Source: Barthelona sp. PAP020
Lineage: Eukaryota
Assembly: GCA_040182905.1 (NCBI GenBank)
Contig: JARQWU010000095.1
Location: forward strand, 1 to 33,746
DNA: 33,746 nucleotides
Reading direction: 5' to 3'
Shown: positions 1 through 11,300 of the stretch, one piece after another
Position numbering within the stretch: the first letter of the stretch is position 1
Layout: every line of letters starts with the position of its first letter
Position numbers and translations under genes: made by a program
Notes under the pieces: model-generated
The model's database searches: none
Told to the model about the DNA's origin: nothing
Seen by the model: the letters and a program-made list of their open reading frames with translations, nothing else

Positions 1-189
1 AAACTCAGATCAGGAATTGACAAACACTAACTAGCCAACCTTCTCATCCTATAATCCTTGTAAAAGCTTTTATAATCATTTTCTGTTTTGCATCATGAAA
101 TTAAAGCCTTTAATTTTGCCCTTTCGTCTAACGTGAATTCTTGAAATGACAGACTCGATCCTCACTCCAAAAAGAAAAATTTAAAAACT

Positions 190-262
190 CGCCCGCGAAG
201 GGGCTCGAACCCTCGACCGACGGATTAAGAGTCCGTAGCTCTACCAACTGAGCTACGCGGGC
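190..262 (-). tRNA. tRNA-Lys (anticodon CTT)
   Basis: The reverse complement GCCCGCGTAGCTCAGTTGGTAGAGCTACGGACTCTTAATCCGTCGGTCGAGGGTTCGAGCCCCTTCGCGGGCG folds as a cloverleaf. Acceptor stem GCCCGCG/CGCGGGC, anticodon arm ACGGA-CT-CTT-AA-TCCGT, T loop GGTTCGA. No encoded CCA; a T5 run follows (Pol III terminator). Confidence 0.97.
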
Positions 263-599
263 GATATGAAACTTTTTTTGTTTTTCAGAATTATTAAAAT
301 GAATATTTTTTAAATTTTTATTACATTATTTAACAATCTTTGAATAATTAGAATTATTGCATTTTCTGTATTAAAAAATATCTAAAATATAAATATGTTT
401 TGCTTTGAAGATGTTTTTGAATTTAAAATTAAATAAAAGAGTTTTCAAATTTGAAAAAAAAATTTTACGTTTTTTTTTTTTTATATATAAATTTTGTTTT
501 TGTGAATTAAGGCGGTTTATTGGGACCATTGATTTTATCTCAAGAATAATTAATATTGAAGGGGAATCTTTTTAAAAAAAAAAATCGAATCTGTAAATG

Positions 600-2050
600 A
601 AGCTTGATATATAGAGCAAAAAATTAGACTTGCAGAATTTCTTCTTTGTCTTTCGGCAAAACGATTTTTACCAATCACTTTTGATAATGAAAACTTTGTC
701 ATATTTACTACTCATTATGATATTCTACGCGTCTATAAAGGTAAATGAAAACATATTTGATGTGGTCTAACATAATTTCTTTCTTAAATTTAAAAGACTT
801 CTATTTTTTATGTTGACCCATTACGTTGGGTTCGGTATAATTAGAAGTTTTTGGTGACAAAGATTTTGGGCTGTTCGACGTCTAAAAAAAAAAGAATGCC
901 ACCAAAAGGATTAAATTCGGAATTCTTGAAGTAAAGAGTTGTTTTTGTTGACTTTATCTCTATGTTTGAGATCTTACCTGAAGTTTCTTCGACTTTTGTT
1001 GAACTCTCCGAATAATGCTTGTATCTAATCTACAATCCTATATGTGGGTTATACATGTCTTCTTTATGAAAATGTTTGTAAAATCTTTTCATTTTTTTTT
1101 CTTTTGGAAGAATTAGAGATTCCTTTTTTCAATAAATTCAGGAAATTAAAAATTTTTACGAATTTCTTATTATTAAGTTGATGTGGATTATTCCTCAGAT
1201 ATTTATATTGCAAAAATGTTCATTTTTTAGAGTTTTGGGTGATAAATTGAATAAATGCTGAAGCTTTAATCAACTATTCTTGATATCTTAATAATAATAA
1301 TGAGTTCAATACTTGTTATTTTTTCATAGTTTTCTAGCTTTCCCCAAAAGACAAGTAGAAATATTCTGACGCTTTATTGATGCAACTTCAAGGGATCTCA
1401 AAGTTAGAACAGTTATTATAGAAACTTGACGAAAAGAAAAAGAAATTTTAGATTGGGAGATAAAAAGAAAGAAACCAAAATATTTGTTCAAGTATTTCAA
1501 AAAAGAGCACAAGATGAAATTGGACCTCAAAAACAAAAACTTTCTTGATTATTTGTTTATTTCCTGTGCCTGTTCTTTAGTCCCTTTCTTTGCGAGTCTT
1601 TTAATCAAAGAAGAAATAATCTCAATTTCAAAATCAATGAATTTCCAAAACAAAAAATTACAAAGATCTTCTGGATGTTTTATCATTATTGTTGATAAAA
1701 TTAGGTATTGCAGAGAGTAATTTACAAGCAGAAAAAATGGAACTGATTCATGGCAAATGGACGGAGGGTATCAAAATTGAAAAGCTCAAGCAATAACACG
1801 GAATCGTAAGAATTCTAAGATTAAAGACACGCAAATAAAACAGGTCAACAGAGAATATCAAAATCCTACAAAGAGAACATAAGTGGAGACATTTAAAGTG
1901 AACAAAGGGGCCAAAGGAAAGTATTACACTTTTCTTTAAATACCCACCTCATCTAAACCGGAAGAAATTCTTTTTAAGAGTGTTTTGAACCATTCACGCA
2001 AAACTACTCAGCTGCAAGTACCCCCAAACTCGAACCGAGAACAATTAAGG
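600..2050 (+). pseudogene. possible decayed coding sequence between two tRNA genes
   Basis: The + strand has runs of protein-like codons broken by stops and frame changes (e.g. YIEQKIRLAEFLLCLSAKRFLPITFDNENFVIFTTHYDILRVYKG; RKEKEILDWEIKRKKPKYLFKYFKKEHK...). No intact ORF exceeds 80 aa, and no family is recognised. Confidence 0.3.
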
Positions 2051-2225
2051 TCTTTATAAACATTTATTATTATTGTTGTGTGAAATAACTCTTCTTATAT
2101 AAAAGCTTTCGTATACCTTTTCTTGTACCTGACGTGAAATGTTCTGCAAATCCATATTATGTTTGTTTTGTTAATTTTAGGATTTCACAAACTCGATCCC
2201 AAAATATTCCTTCTTTAAAAAAAAA

Positions 2226-2298
2226 TGCTCTCCCCGGGTTTCGATCCCGGTACCTTCTGCGTGTAAAGCAGATGCGCTTCCAAATGCGCCAGGAAAGC
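2226..2298 (-). tRNA. tRNA-Val (anticodon TAC)
   Basis: Reverse complement GCTTTCCTGGCGCATTTGGAAGCGCATCTGCTTTACACGCAGAAGGTACCGGGATCGAAACCCGGGGAGAGCA. Anticodon arm TCTGC-TT-TAC-AC-GCAGA, T arm CCGGG-ATCGAAA-CCCGG; a T9 run follows. Confidence 0.95.
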
Positions 2299-2446
2299 AC
2301 AAGGATTTTTTTCTTTTTTAAAGTTTTGCTTATAATATTTTTGATCATGTTTAATGCTTGTTAATAACATTTTTACACAAATAAAGAAATCAAAATCATT
2401 TACAATTCATTATTATTTTAAAATTTGGTAATGTTTGTCAATAACA

Positions 2447-3023
2447 TTAAAGTTTTATCTGTTTTGTTTCATATTCTTCATCATTCTTTGCTTTATAAGC
2501 TCTAACAATAATATTATCATCTCTGATATCCAACAAAATAAATGAAGGGGCATTATTTGGATTATTTGGATGAAATGCTCCAGTAATTGAACCTGGATTG
2601 ATGTAGAGAACATCATCTTTTTTAAAACAAGATAATTCATGTGTATCACCATAAATTAAAACATCACAATTTAATCTTCTTGCAATCATACTCAAACTTT
2701 CATGATCATCTTTTGGAACAATTTGATGACCATGAACAACACCAAATTTAGTATTTCCTATTGTAACAAGATATTCTTCTGGTAATGATATGGTGTCAAA
2801 TTGACCAGAAGTGACATATACTGAGTTGGATAAACTTTTCAAATATTCTAATTGATTTCTGGAACATAAATTACCTGTACAAATAACATGTTGAACACGA
2901 TCAGGATGTAAAATTCGGGAAAATACAGGAGGAATTGCAAAAGATCTCGAAGGAATGTGTAAATCACCACAAATAAGGATAAACTATCATTAGGTTATGA
3001 TAAAATAATGTTTAAAATACCAT
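2447..3023 (-). CDS. VPS29: Vacuolar protein sorting 29 (retromer subunit), 179 aa; exons 3023-3021 (ATG only) and 2983-2447
   Basis: After removing a 37-nt intron the protein reads M-FILICGDLHIPSRSFAIPPVFSRILHPDRVQHVICTGNLCS... and continues into the ORF with HGHQIVP, GDTH and INPGSITGA...PSFILLDI. These are Vps29 metallophosphoesterase-fold motifs. Confidence 0.93.
2984..3020 (-). other. spliceosomal intron, 37 nt (VPS29)
   Basis: GTATTTTAAACATTATTTTATCATAACCTAATGATAG has GT..AG ends and a CTAAT branch-like motif. Removing it joins the ATG in frame to the conserved Vps29 N-terminus. Confidence 0.85.
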
Positions 3024-3268
3024 TTCCGAATATAAAAGTGTTTTTTGAAAGTAAGATTTGGTAACAAGCTTTTATTAAATTGTTCAATTTATGTTTCAAT
3101 GAATGTAAAATTGCTTTTTAAATGCAATCAGTTTGTGCAGACATTTCTACAATTGAAAAATGTGATAAAAAAAAAAAACTATTTCACACACATAAACTCT
3201 TTACAATTATAACTATTTTCAATTTCATTGTTGAATTTATTCTTTTGATTCCTTTTATACCTTGAGAT

Positions 3269-4243
3269 TTAAGATTCAGACACTTCATCTTTGACTTGAA
3301 TTTCTGATTCCTCCTTCTTTTCAACTTTAGGTAAATTTTCAGAAATTTCAGTTTTTATTTGTTGTTCAATTGTTTCTTCTTCAAGTTTTGGTTCTTTTTT
3401 AACAGATTCATCAATTTCCAAAGGGATTTCAGTTTTAACTTCATCTTGATTTTGTGATTCAACAATTGGTTCTTCACCATCTGGATAGACCCATTTGGTC
3501 ATTGTCAATTCACCAGGCTTAAATATTTTTCCACAATTAACAAAAGATCCATCAGAATAACCACCCTTACAAACAAATAGATCTTGTTCTGGCAAATATT
3601 TTAATTTTCCAAAGTCGCACTTTGAACAAAGAGGTGGAACTCCATTCTTTCTACCAAATAAAATTCTTTCTGCTTTCTCATATTTTTTACCTGATTTTGG
3701 CACACCATTTAATTCTAACTCATAGGCTAAATCATTTCCACTCTTTGATTCAGAGAGCTCAATAATCTCATCCTCAGTTGGAAGTATCATTTCAACTTTT
3801 GGAACTTCAACCTTTCCAATATCTCTCAAAGCTTTGTGAGCACTTCTTAATCGTTCATGTTGAGTCAAATTTTCATCTTCAACATCAGTCGCATCTTCAT
3901 CATTTGCATCAATTTCAGCTTCTGCCTCTAATTCTGCTTTTATTGCTTCTAATTTTTTTGCTTTTTCAGGATCACTACCAAAATGATCTAATAACGTCTG
4001 TTGATCGGTAGGAGACAATTCTTCATAGTCAATAATATCTTCTATGTTGATTGAATCTTCAATACATTGATAATGATATTTTTTTTTACTACTTACAACT
4101 TTTTTTAAGAAAGTCATATATGTTGCAACAGATCGAATAATTCTAGGTTCACCTTTTTCAATTTTTTCTCCACATCCTTGACATGCAGCTCTATTACTTT
4201 TGGAATATTCTACATAGAATTTGACGTCATCTTCTGAGCTCAT
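3269..4243 (-). CDS. PARP-type zinc finger plus PADR1 (Zn3)-like domain protein with no PARP catalytic domain, ~324 aa
   Basis: VEYSKSNRAACQGCGEKIEKGEPRI...YHYQC matches zf-PARP (CxxC...HxxC). ERILFGRKNGVPPLCSKCDFGKLKY...FVCKGG...NCG resembles the PARP1 PADR1 zinc ribbon. The tail is acidic and low-complexity. The first ATG is at 4243; the ORF track starts at a TTG at 4261. Confidence 0.8.
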   Translation of the reverse strand: MSSEDDVKFYVEYSKSNRAACQGCGEKIEKGEPRIIRSVATYMTFLKKVVSSKKKYHYQCIEDSINIEDIIDYEELSPTDQQTLLDHFGSDPEKAKKLEAIKAELEAEAEIDANDEDATDVEDENLTQHERLRSAHKALRDIGKVEVPKVEMILPTEDEIIELSESKSGNDLAYELELNGVPKSGKKYEKAERILFGRKNGVPPLCSKCDFGKLKYLPEQDLFVCKGGYSDGSFVNCGKIFKPGELTMTKWVYPDGEEPIVESQNQDEVKTEIPLEIDESVKKEPKLEEETIEQQIKTEISENLPKVEKKEESEIQVKDEVSES

Positions 4244-4472
4244 ATTGTTGTCTTCAAACAATAAAAAGAAAAATCATGTATTTTTATTCTTTCTCAAAAC
4301 CTTTTTTTTCAACTTTATTGAACAACCTGTTTTGATTTTCAAATTATGGACAACAATATATTAAATTGAAAAAGAAAACTTGACTTCTCATATTTTTTAC
4401 CTGCTTCATTGGATTTTTTAAAGATTTTTAAAAGGAATATCGTTAGAAAAAATAAACATTTCTTTGCAAAAT

Positions 4473-7400
4473 TTATCTGTGTTTCAATGGTGTCAATAAT
4501 TCTTCTTCTTTGACTGAAATTGGCTTGGGATTTGGCTTTAAAGGACTAAAGTTATTTGTTTGCTGATCTTTTTTACCTTTTGAAACAGGGCTAAGAGGGC
4601 TGTAATTATATGGAGAAGGAGAAGGTGTATACAATTTTTGTGATCTTTTTCTTTCTTTATTTCTTTGCAATCTTAAAGGATTAATTAATTCTGTGGGACC
4701 ATTTGAACCTTTATCATTCATTGATGTTGCTTTAAAACTTTTATTTTCAAAATTTTTAAAACTTTCAGAATACTTTTTTGTGAAAAAGTTTTCCAAAACA
4801 TTGAAAAAGTCGTTTAAATGCTCATTGGTCTGATTGAAAAGGATTTTTGCAGTATTATTTGATAATTTTTGAGTCTTTTTTGCTACGTCATAAAACTTGT
4901 TCCTTTCATTGAAGTTCTTCCAAAAATTTTGAATTATTCTCGCATATCTATTGTTTATTTCTAAATTTTCCATCTTTTCGATCTCTTCATGGAAATGTCG
5001 AAGGTTTTGTTCAATGATTAATCTTCGAACATCTGTTTCCACAAATAATTCACTGCAAGCATTTATTCGAGTATTTAATGAAAAATTAATATTTTGTTGA
5101 TTTTCATACGATACAATCAAACTTTCTAACTTTTGTAACAAAAATATCACAAAACTTTTCAAAACATTTGTGTTTTGTTTCTGTTTCGAAATACACAGTT
5201 GCATTAAATAGAAATTTTTCAGTAATTTTTCAAACTTTTCAAAACTATCATTCATAACATTGTTCAAGGAAGCAACGTTTCCAATGAGTTTTGTTCCATT
5301 CATTGCAGCATGAATCATGACATCATTATCAAGCGTGAAATTTTTATTTGCTAAAAATACATCAATACTCGTCAAGACATCATCATCAATATTCTGAGCC
5401 TCAACCTGTACTTGTTTTCCATCATCTAAATATTCAGTAACACCTTTCATCTTTGTAGCATATTCAAATTCCCCATCAATTTGTATCAAATCACTCTTCT
5501 CATTGGTGTTAAGTGCATACAACAGATCATTGTTCAATTCGAGAGAATCAAGTTTTCTGGTGCTAGATAGTGATAAAACACGATTCTTTTCTTGTTCACA
5601 CAACTTTTCAAGCTTTTTCAATGAGAGACCAGAATACATTTCTTTGCTAACATTAATGAGATCTGAACAACTGTTATTCATTGAAAATGATGAATCTCTC
5701 CTGGGAGAAGATCTCCTAGGAGAACCATTCACAATAGATATTTCATTCATTTTGTTCATTAAGGTTGTTTGAATTGTTTCTATGTCTGCTTTGGTGTAAA
5801 CTTCAATTTTCTCATCGAACTCATTGAATTCAACAGTTTTACAATGTTTTGACAATTCAATATAATTAAACAACGCTTTTCCAGCAAGTCCATTAAATTT
5901 ACTGAGTATTTCATCGTTCTTGCTCAAATTATCAGTCAAATCTTGAATTATTTGTTCTTTATTTGCCAACTTTTCTTCATAACTTTCTTTCAAATTACTT
6001 ATCTCAACTTTTAACGAATCTTCTAAAGTCTTCAATTTAAAAGCACTCACTTCATTACTGTTAGCTTGCAATAATTCCATTTTTGTTGAATAACGCTCTT
6101 CTAACCTTTCCATTTCTTCTTGATGATGACTTTCCAGATCTTCAAATAAAGCGTCTTGCTCAGCTAAAGCTTCTTCCTTTTCTTTTTCAAACTTCTCATC
6201 CTTAACTCGGATCTGTTCCTCATACTTGGTTCTGACCTCTTCCAAACGTTCAGTAAAATCAATTTCCATCCGCATTAGCATTTCTTCATTGTCTTTTTCA
6301 ATACTTTCAATTTCTTCCTCGTATTCAAAGATTAGGTGTTGTTCTAACTTCTTCTTTTCAGTTTCAAACGTCAATTTTTGCGTCTCCAGTTCATCAACAT
6401 ATTCATCAATTCTCATTTGTAAATCAACAATCTTTTTCGCATCTAATTCAGCCTTTTGCACATATTTGTCTTCAGTAGAACTCAAGGTTTCTTCTAAATC
6501 ACTTATTTTTGATAAATATTCACTCTTTTCATCCTCACGCACTGCAATCAAATCTTCTTGTTTCTTTTCAAGCTCAATATTTTTTAAATTTGAAAGTTCC
6601 AACTCTTTCAACAGATTCTTTATCTCATTGTCTTGAGATTCAATTTGTTCTTCTAATTTGTCATTAACCCCTTGAGAGAGCTTTAGATCGTCTTTCAAAC
6701 GATTTGTTTCTTCCTGAAGTTTATCAGAGATTTGTAAACCCGATTTGTAGTCTTCCAATTGATCTTCAAGTTCTTTTATTCTCAAACTCTGATCTTCATG
6801 AACACCAACACTTACAGTCAACTCATTGAGCTTTTGTTCCGTCTCATCTAATGCAGCCTGTAACTTTATACATAATGCCTTGTAATCGATAGTGATATTT
6901 TTTCTTGCTTTAGTTATTACTCTTCGAGCACGAGAAGCAAATTGTAACGTACTTACAGTCTCAACACTTGACTTTAACGCAGGTCCAACAGTACATATCA
7001 TTGATGTCCTTGCGTTTCCACCTAAAGAATCTTGTAAGAGTCGCGTCAATTTCGAATCTCTGTAAGGTACATGTGAAGTCTGTGGTGTGGTCAACGCATG
7101 AACGACAGACCCCAAGACACTTAAAGACAGGTTGATTTTTTTTGCCTCTTCGGCTCGAATCCCACTGACACCTGATTTTTTAATCCTTTCAGAACCAGCT
7201 AAATCTACACAAACCAATTTGGATTCAATAATTTCACGGTCAACCACATTTCCAGATTCAATCTCATTTGAAGTCAATTCAGTTGATTGAGTTAGATACA
7301 ATATGACAACAGCATGAGAACGCGAAGAGTGGGCATTTAAATTTGTAAATGCTGTTGAACGATTTTTGTTACCCATTATTAGTAAATCCATAGCATCTTT

Positions 7401-7970
7401 CAACGTGGCTATTTCAACCTTGGCAGCCCCAGCAAGAAAAACACCATTTGAAGCATCTTCTCTCACTCTCAAATCATCATTGTTCGGGTCCAGCAAATCT
7501 TGCAGCATTTCCATATAGATTTGGACATAAGTCATTTCTACCTTCAAACTTGTATTTTCAAGGGAAATTCCATAATCAAAAATGTCAGAAATACATCTGG
7601 GAATCAACCCTTCATGATCCTTGATGTAGTTTCCAGCAGTGGAGTAATTGGATAAGGTAAATGTTTTACCTGTTCCAGAAGGTCCATAAGCTAAAATTGT
7701 TCCATTATAACCTTCATAAACATCAGCTAAAACAGGTTTTGCAATCTCATTGTAAATTTCTAATTGAGTTGTTTCATCATTAAATATATATTCAAAATCA
7801 AACGTTTTCTTTGGTGCAGAAGTTAATGCTGGTCTTTGTACAGTGATTTGTGTGTCATTTATAGTGATGGCATTTTCAAATTGCTTCGATTCAATTTCTA
7901 ATTCCAATTGGGGACGAACTCTTATCCCAACTCGAATTTTTCCAGGTTCTATTCTCGTAAATTTGTTCAT
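4473..7970 (-). CDS. kinesin with N-terminal motor (ARK-like), long coiled coil and C-terminal IQ-like motif
   Basis: Motor motifs RVRP, GYNGTILAYGPSGTGKT (P-loop), NAHSSRSHA (switch I), DLAGSER (switch II) and HVPYRDSKLTRLLQDSLGGNART. A Glu/Lys-rich heptad region follows, and ARIIQNFWKNF is IQ-like. Confidence 0.95.
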   Translation of the reverse strand: MNKFTRIEPGKIRVGIRVRPQLELEIESKQFENAITINDTQITVQRPALTSAPKKTFDFEYIFNDETTQLEIYNEIAKPVLADVYEGYNGTILAYGPSGTGKTFTLSNYSTAGNYIKDHEGLIPRCISDIFDYGISLENTSLKVEMTYVQIYMEMLQDLLDPNNDDLRVREDASNGVFLAGAAKVEIATLKDAMDLLIMGNKNRSTAFTNLNAHSSRSHAVVILYLTQSTELTSNEIESGNVVDREIIESKLVCVDLAGSERIKKSGVSGIRAEEAKKINLSLSVLGSVVHALTTPQTSHVPYRDSKLTRLLQDSLGGNARTSMICTVGPALKSSVETVSTLQFASRARRVITKARKNITIDYKALCIKLQAALDETEQKLNELTVSVGVHEDQSLRIKELEDQLEDYKSGLQISDKLQEETNRLKDDLKLSQGVNDKLEEQIESQDNEIKNLLKELELSNLKNIELEKKQEDLIAVREDEKSEYLSKISDLEETLSSTEDKYVQKAELDAKKIVDLQMRIDEYVDELETQKLTFETEKKKLEQHLIFEYEEEIESIEKDNEEMLMRMEIDFTERLEEVRTKYEEQIRVKDEKFEKEKEEALAEQDALFEDLESHHQEEMERLEERYSTKMELLQANSNEVSAFKLKTLEDSLKVEISNLKESYEEKLANKEQIIQDLTDNLSKNDEILSKFNGLAGKALFNYIELSKHCKTVEFNEFDEKIEVYTKADIETIQTTLMNKMNEISIVNGSPRRSSPRRDSSFSMNNSCSDLINVSKEMYSGLSLKKLEKLCEQEKNRVLSLSSTRKLDSLELNNDLLYALNTNEKSDLIQIDGEFEYATKMKGVTEYLDDGKQVQVEAQNIDDDVLTSIDVFLANKNFTLDNDVMIHAAMNGTKLIGNVASLNNVMNDSFEKFEKLLKNFYLMQLCISKQKQNTNVLKSFVIFLLQKLESLIVSYENQQNINFSLNTRINACSELFVETDVRRLIIEQNLRHFHEEIEKMENLEINNRYARIIQNFWKNFNERNKFYDVAKKTQKLSNNTAKILFNQTNEHLNDFFNVLENFFTKKYSESFKNFENKSFKATSMNDKGSNGPTELINPLRLQRNKERKRSQKLYTPSPSPYNYSPLSPVSKGKKDQQTNNFSPLKPNPKPISVKEEELLTPLKHR

Positions 7971-7987
7971 TCAAAACATAAAGTTTC

Positions 7988-8021
7988 AATAATAATAATA
8001 TAATAATAATAATAATAATAA
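7988..8021. repeat. imperfect (AAT)n microsatellite just upstream of the kinesin ATG
   Basis: aataataataatataataataataataataataa read directly from the sequence. Confidence 0.8.
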
Positions 8022-8348
8022 ATGTATAAAAATAGTTTTATTTCATATTTTGTTTGTTTGATCCATTTATATTAAAGTTTAATTAATAAAATACATATTT
8101 ATTCATGATGGTATAAATATGATTGGATGATTATGACTATAAATTTTCCATTGAACAAATAGTATTTTAACGAGCTTCAAATTTAAAAATAGGGTTTTTG
8201 ATGATCTAAGAAATAACAAAAACCTTTTTTGATTCACTTGTGGCCATTTACTGTTCAACAGATTCTTAAGATTTCAATTACAAGGGCTTCAGTGGGAGTG
8301 AATAAGGAAGCGGTAAGAAAAAAACAGATATTAATATTTACATTGGCC

Positions 8349-11300
8349 CTAGTCTTCTTCAAAATCTTCTTCTTCTTCTTCTTCTTCAAAATCAACGTAT
8401 TTTCCACCTTCATAGCCTAAATACTCACTAGTTAATTCAATTAAATTGTTGAAACCTTGAACCAACTGTTCATGAAATTCTGGATGAAAATTACTTTCTT
8501 GATCGAAAAAAAGAGCTATTTTACAAGCATCAAAAAATTGACACAATGTATTTTTGAGTTCTTCAATGCCTTCGATAACGTGTTGATCGTTATTGATGAA
8601 AAATTGTTCAAATATTCCCTTTATACCCATTTGAACAGGTGGAATTAACGTACCGTACAAACAATATTGCCTATCTTCAGCATTAACGTTTTCGTCTTCA
8701 AGAATTTTAATCTTTTCGATTAGAGAGTTTGAAATGACTGTGGCTGGATTTTGTTTGATAGTTGCTGAACTTTTAACTTCTATTCTACGAATTGGTTGGG
8801 GAAATGGTCTTTTTATTGTGAACTGGTTGATTCGGTTGTAGATTCTTGTGATTCCATCTCCTTTTGCTGGCGTAGGGTTATATTTCGTTTCAAAATAGAA
8901 TGTTCGAAGGGAAGAATTATCAATAAACTGACCATTTGCACGAATAAGATTTGAGTCGTCTTTAATGGAACATTCAATGGGTTTCAATAAAGGTTGTACT
9001 TCTTTAACAACAAGATAAGCTTTATTAATATCTTTGTTGCCTTCAATACTTCCACAACTGATCACTTTATTCAAAATATCAGCAGGTAATGTCTTTTCAA
9101 TCTTTGCCACGACATCAGGAAATTTTGTGAATGGAAAATCTCGATAGATATATGATTTGCCATCCAACATTCCAAAATCCTTTCCAATGAAAGAAACATA
9201 AAAGAAAGATCCAAATCGACAACCTTCTCCATTCTTTGGTTCAGGAAATTGTAAATTAGAAACTTTTTGATAAATTTTGATGAACTTTTCGAACAAACTT
9301 TTTGAAATTTCAAAATAGTTCGTTATCTGAAAAATCCTGAAACACATATTTGCCAATTCAATGGCGTGTTCATAATACTCATTTCTGTCAAAAATTTCTA
9401 TCCCAAACAATAGCTGTTCAAAGAGTTTATCCAAGCCAAAATCCGAAGATATTTCTTCTCTATTTTCATCATTTTCAACTTTTTGAAAAGTTTTGACGAA
9501 ATTTTCATAGAAGCCTTTTAAATGATGCAATTCTGATGATAGATTCATTTGACAAACGTCATGTAGCTCATTTTGAAACAGAATAATCAAAACAATCTCA
9601 AAACACACCATTGCAGCCTCAACAGATAAATTTTGAACAGTGAACACATTGATCATCTCTTCAAGCAAATTTTTCAGATTATTTAAGCGTAGTTGAGGAA
9701 CAGCACTCTGTTGAATGGACAATTCATACAAAACCTCAAAATATGTATCATTATCTCTTGTATCAACAGGGATAGAATGTATTATAGATAAACGTTCGTT
9801 TGCATCAATCATTGTTTTGAAGTTATGTCCAATGAACTTTTTTATTGCAGGCTTATTGGTTGGCCACACAACATCAGATATCAAATAATTGATCGATAAA
9901 TTTAATTTGTCAATGATGTCCTTTGTCAGGTAATTTGGGGAAAAAATCTTGGAGATAGCCAATGTTGTCAGATAGCGACATTTGCTGAAGTTAGTCTTCA
10001 ACATTTCAGCAAACAATGCTGCAGCTGCTTTCCGAACGGTCAGATTATCATTAATGCACCCATTTAAAGCAAATTCAATGATGAAATAAGCATGAGGTAA
10101 CTTTGTCAGAAGGGGCGATTTTAATATATGTTTTGAAGTGATAACAAATCTAGAGTTTTTCAAGATTTCATAATGATAGTGGATCGAATTAAATACCATC
10201 AATTTAAAACGATTGCAAGCAAAAATAGACAAGAATTCGTACAAGTTTTCCAAAAATTTTGGTGGAATTTGACATTTCAAAAGTTCTTGAATTGTTAGGA
10301 AGAAATTATCAAAGATTAACATGAGATTGGTTAATCCATGTATTGATATTGAAGAAATTGTGTTGTCTCTATTTTTTTTGGCTAATAACAGATTATTTGC
10401 TAACTGTTTATATCCTTTTTCCAATCTTATTGTCGATAATGGTGAAAGAACCTTAGTAAATACCGTTTTTAACATAGAAACTGATAATAATTGGGAAATT
10501 TCAAGAATATCTTCATTTCTCACGTATATTTGTTTCGGTCTAGCAAATGAAGTCACCCTTGCTAAAGAAGTCTTTTCAATAAACGAACGTTCGACAAAAT
10601 TCTTCAAATTCTCCAAATTTCTTTGCTTTTCAAATATCTTTCCTTTCTTATTCAAAAAATCTTTCAAATAGTTCAAATCACAAAAATACAAGAGTTTTGA
10701 TAAAAATTTCAAAAAATTTGATAAGGCACTCAATCTTAAATTCTTAATGAAAAACATTGGCAACTCAATTGAACTTTGATAAAATAAAGACAACACAATT
10801 ATCAATAATTCAAACCCTCCTGTCTTTGTTTCATTCAATACATTGATTAAACACCTTAAAATACTGTTATTCGAACATAAAATGAATAAAAAGTAAAAAT
10901 AACTGTTGAAAATGTTCTCTAAAGATATGTAATCACCCTGCAAAATCTTTTCATCATAAGAAATTTTTGTAAGATGCATTCTAAACAATTGTAATGCAAC
11001 GATGACAGTAGACTTTGTTTCATCAAAATCAAAAGAAGCATTTGGACTGAACTTGATTAAATTGTTAAAGGGTAAAGCAATAATGTACAGGAATTCAAAC
11101 AAAATTGGATTCTCTTTCAGTAAATATTGTTTCATTGCTTCAACATCATTGATTCGTTGAGAACCCCAATGTAATTCAGTTAATAGACACATATATTCAT
11201 CAGAAGAAGAAATACCTGCACCAAAAATAGTTAATAAATCGTATAGATTTCTAGAAACATTGAAGGTGTTGCTGGAAAAATAATGTTTGATTTCAACCGT

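Noticed and set aside
1..100. Minus-strand ATGATG...GTCAATTCCTGATCTGA resembling a C/D snoRNA with complementarity to SSU rRNA AGGAAUUGAC, downstream of tRNA-Lys
   Set aside because: Box C is imperfect, the complement overlaps or is offset from the D boxes, there is no clear terminal stem, and it is at the window edge. A 10-nt match can be chance.
2134..2364. Short ORFs 2134-2364(+) and 2157-2348(-)
   Set aside because: Both overlap the tRNA-Val gene and consist of AT-run-derived residues; spurious.
8232..8303. ATTCACT/AGTGAAT inverted pair with an inner TTTACTG/CAGTGGG pairing downstream of DOCK
   Set aside because: The stems are short and match no RNA family motif; this may be ordinary 3' UTR sequence.
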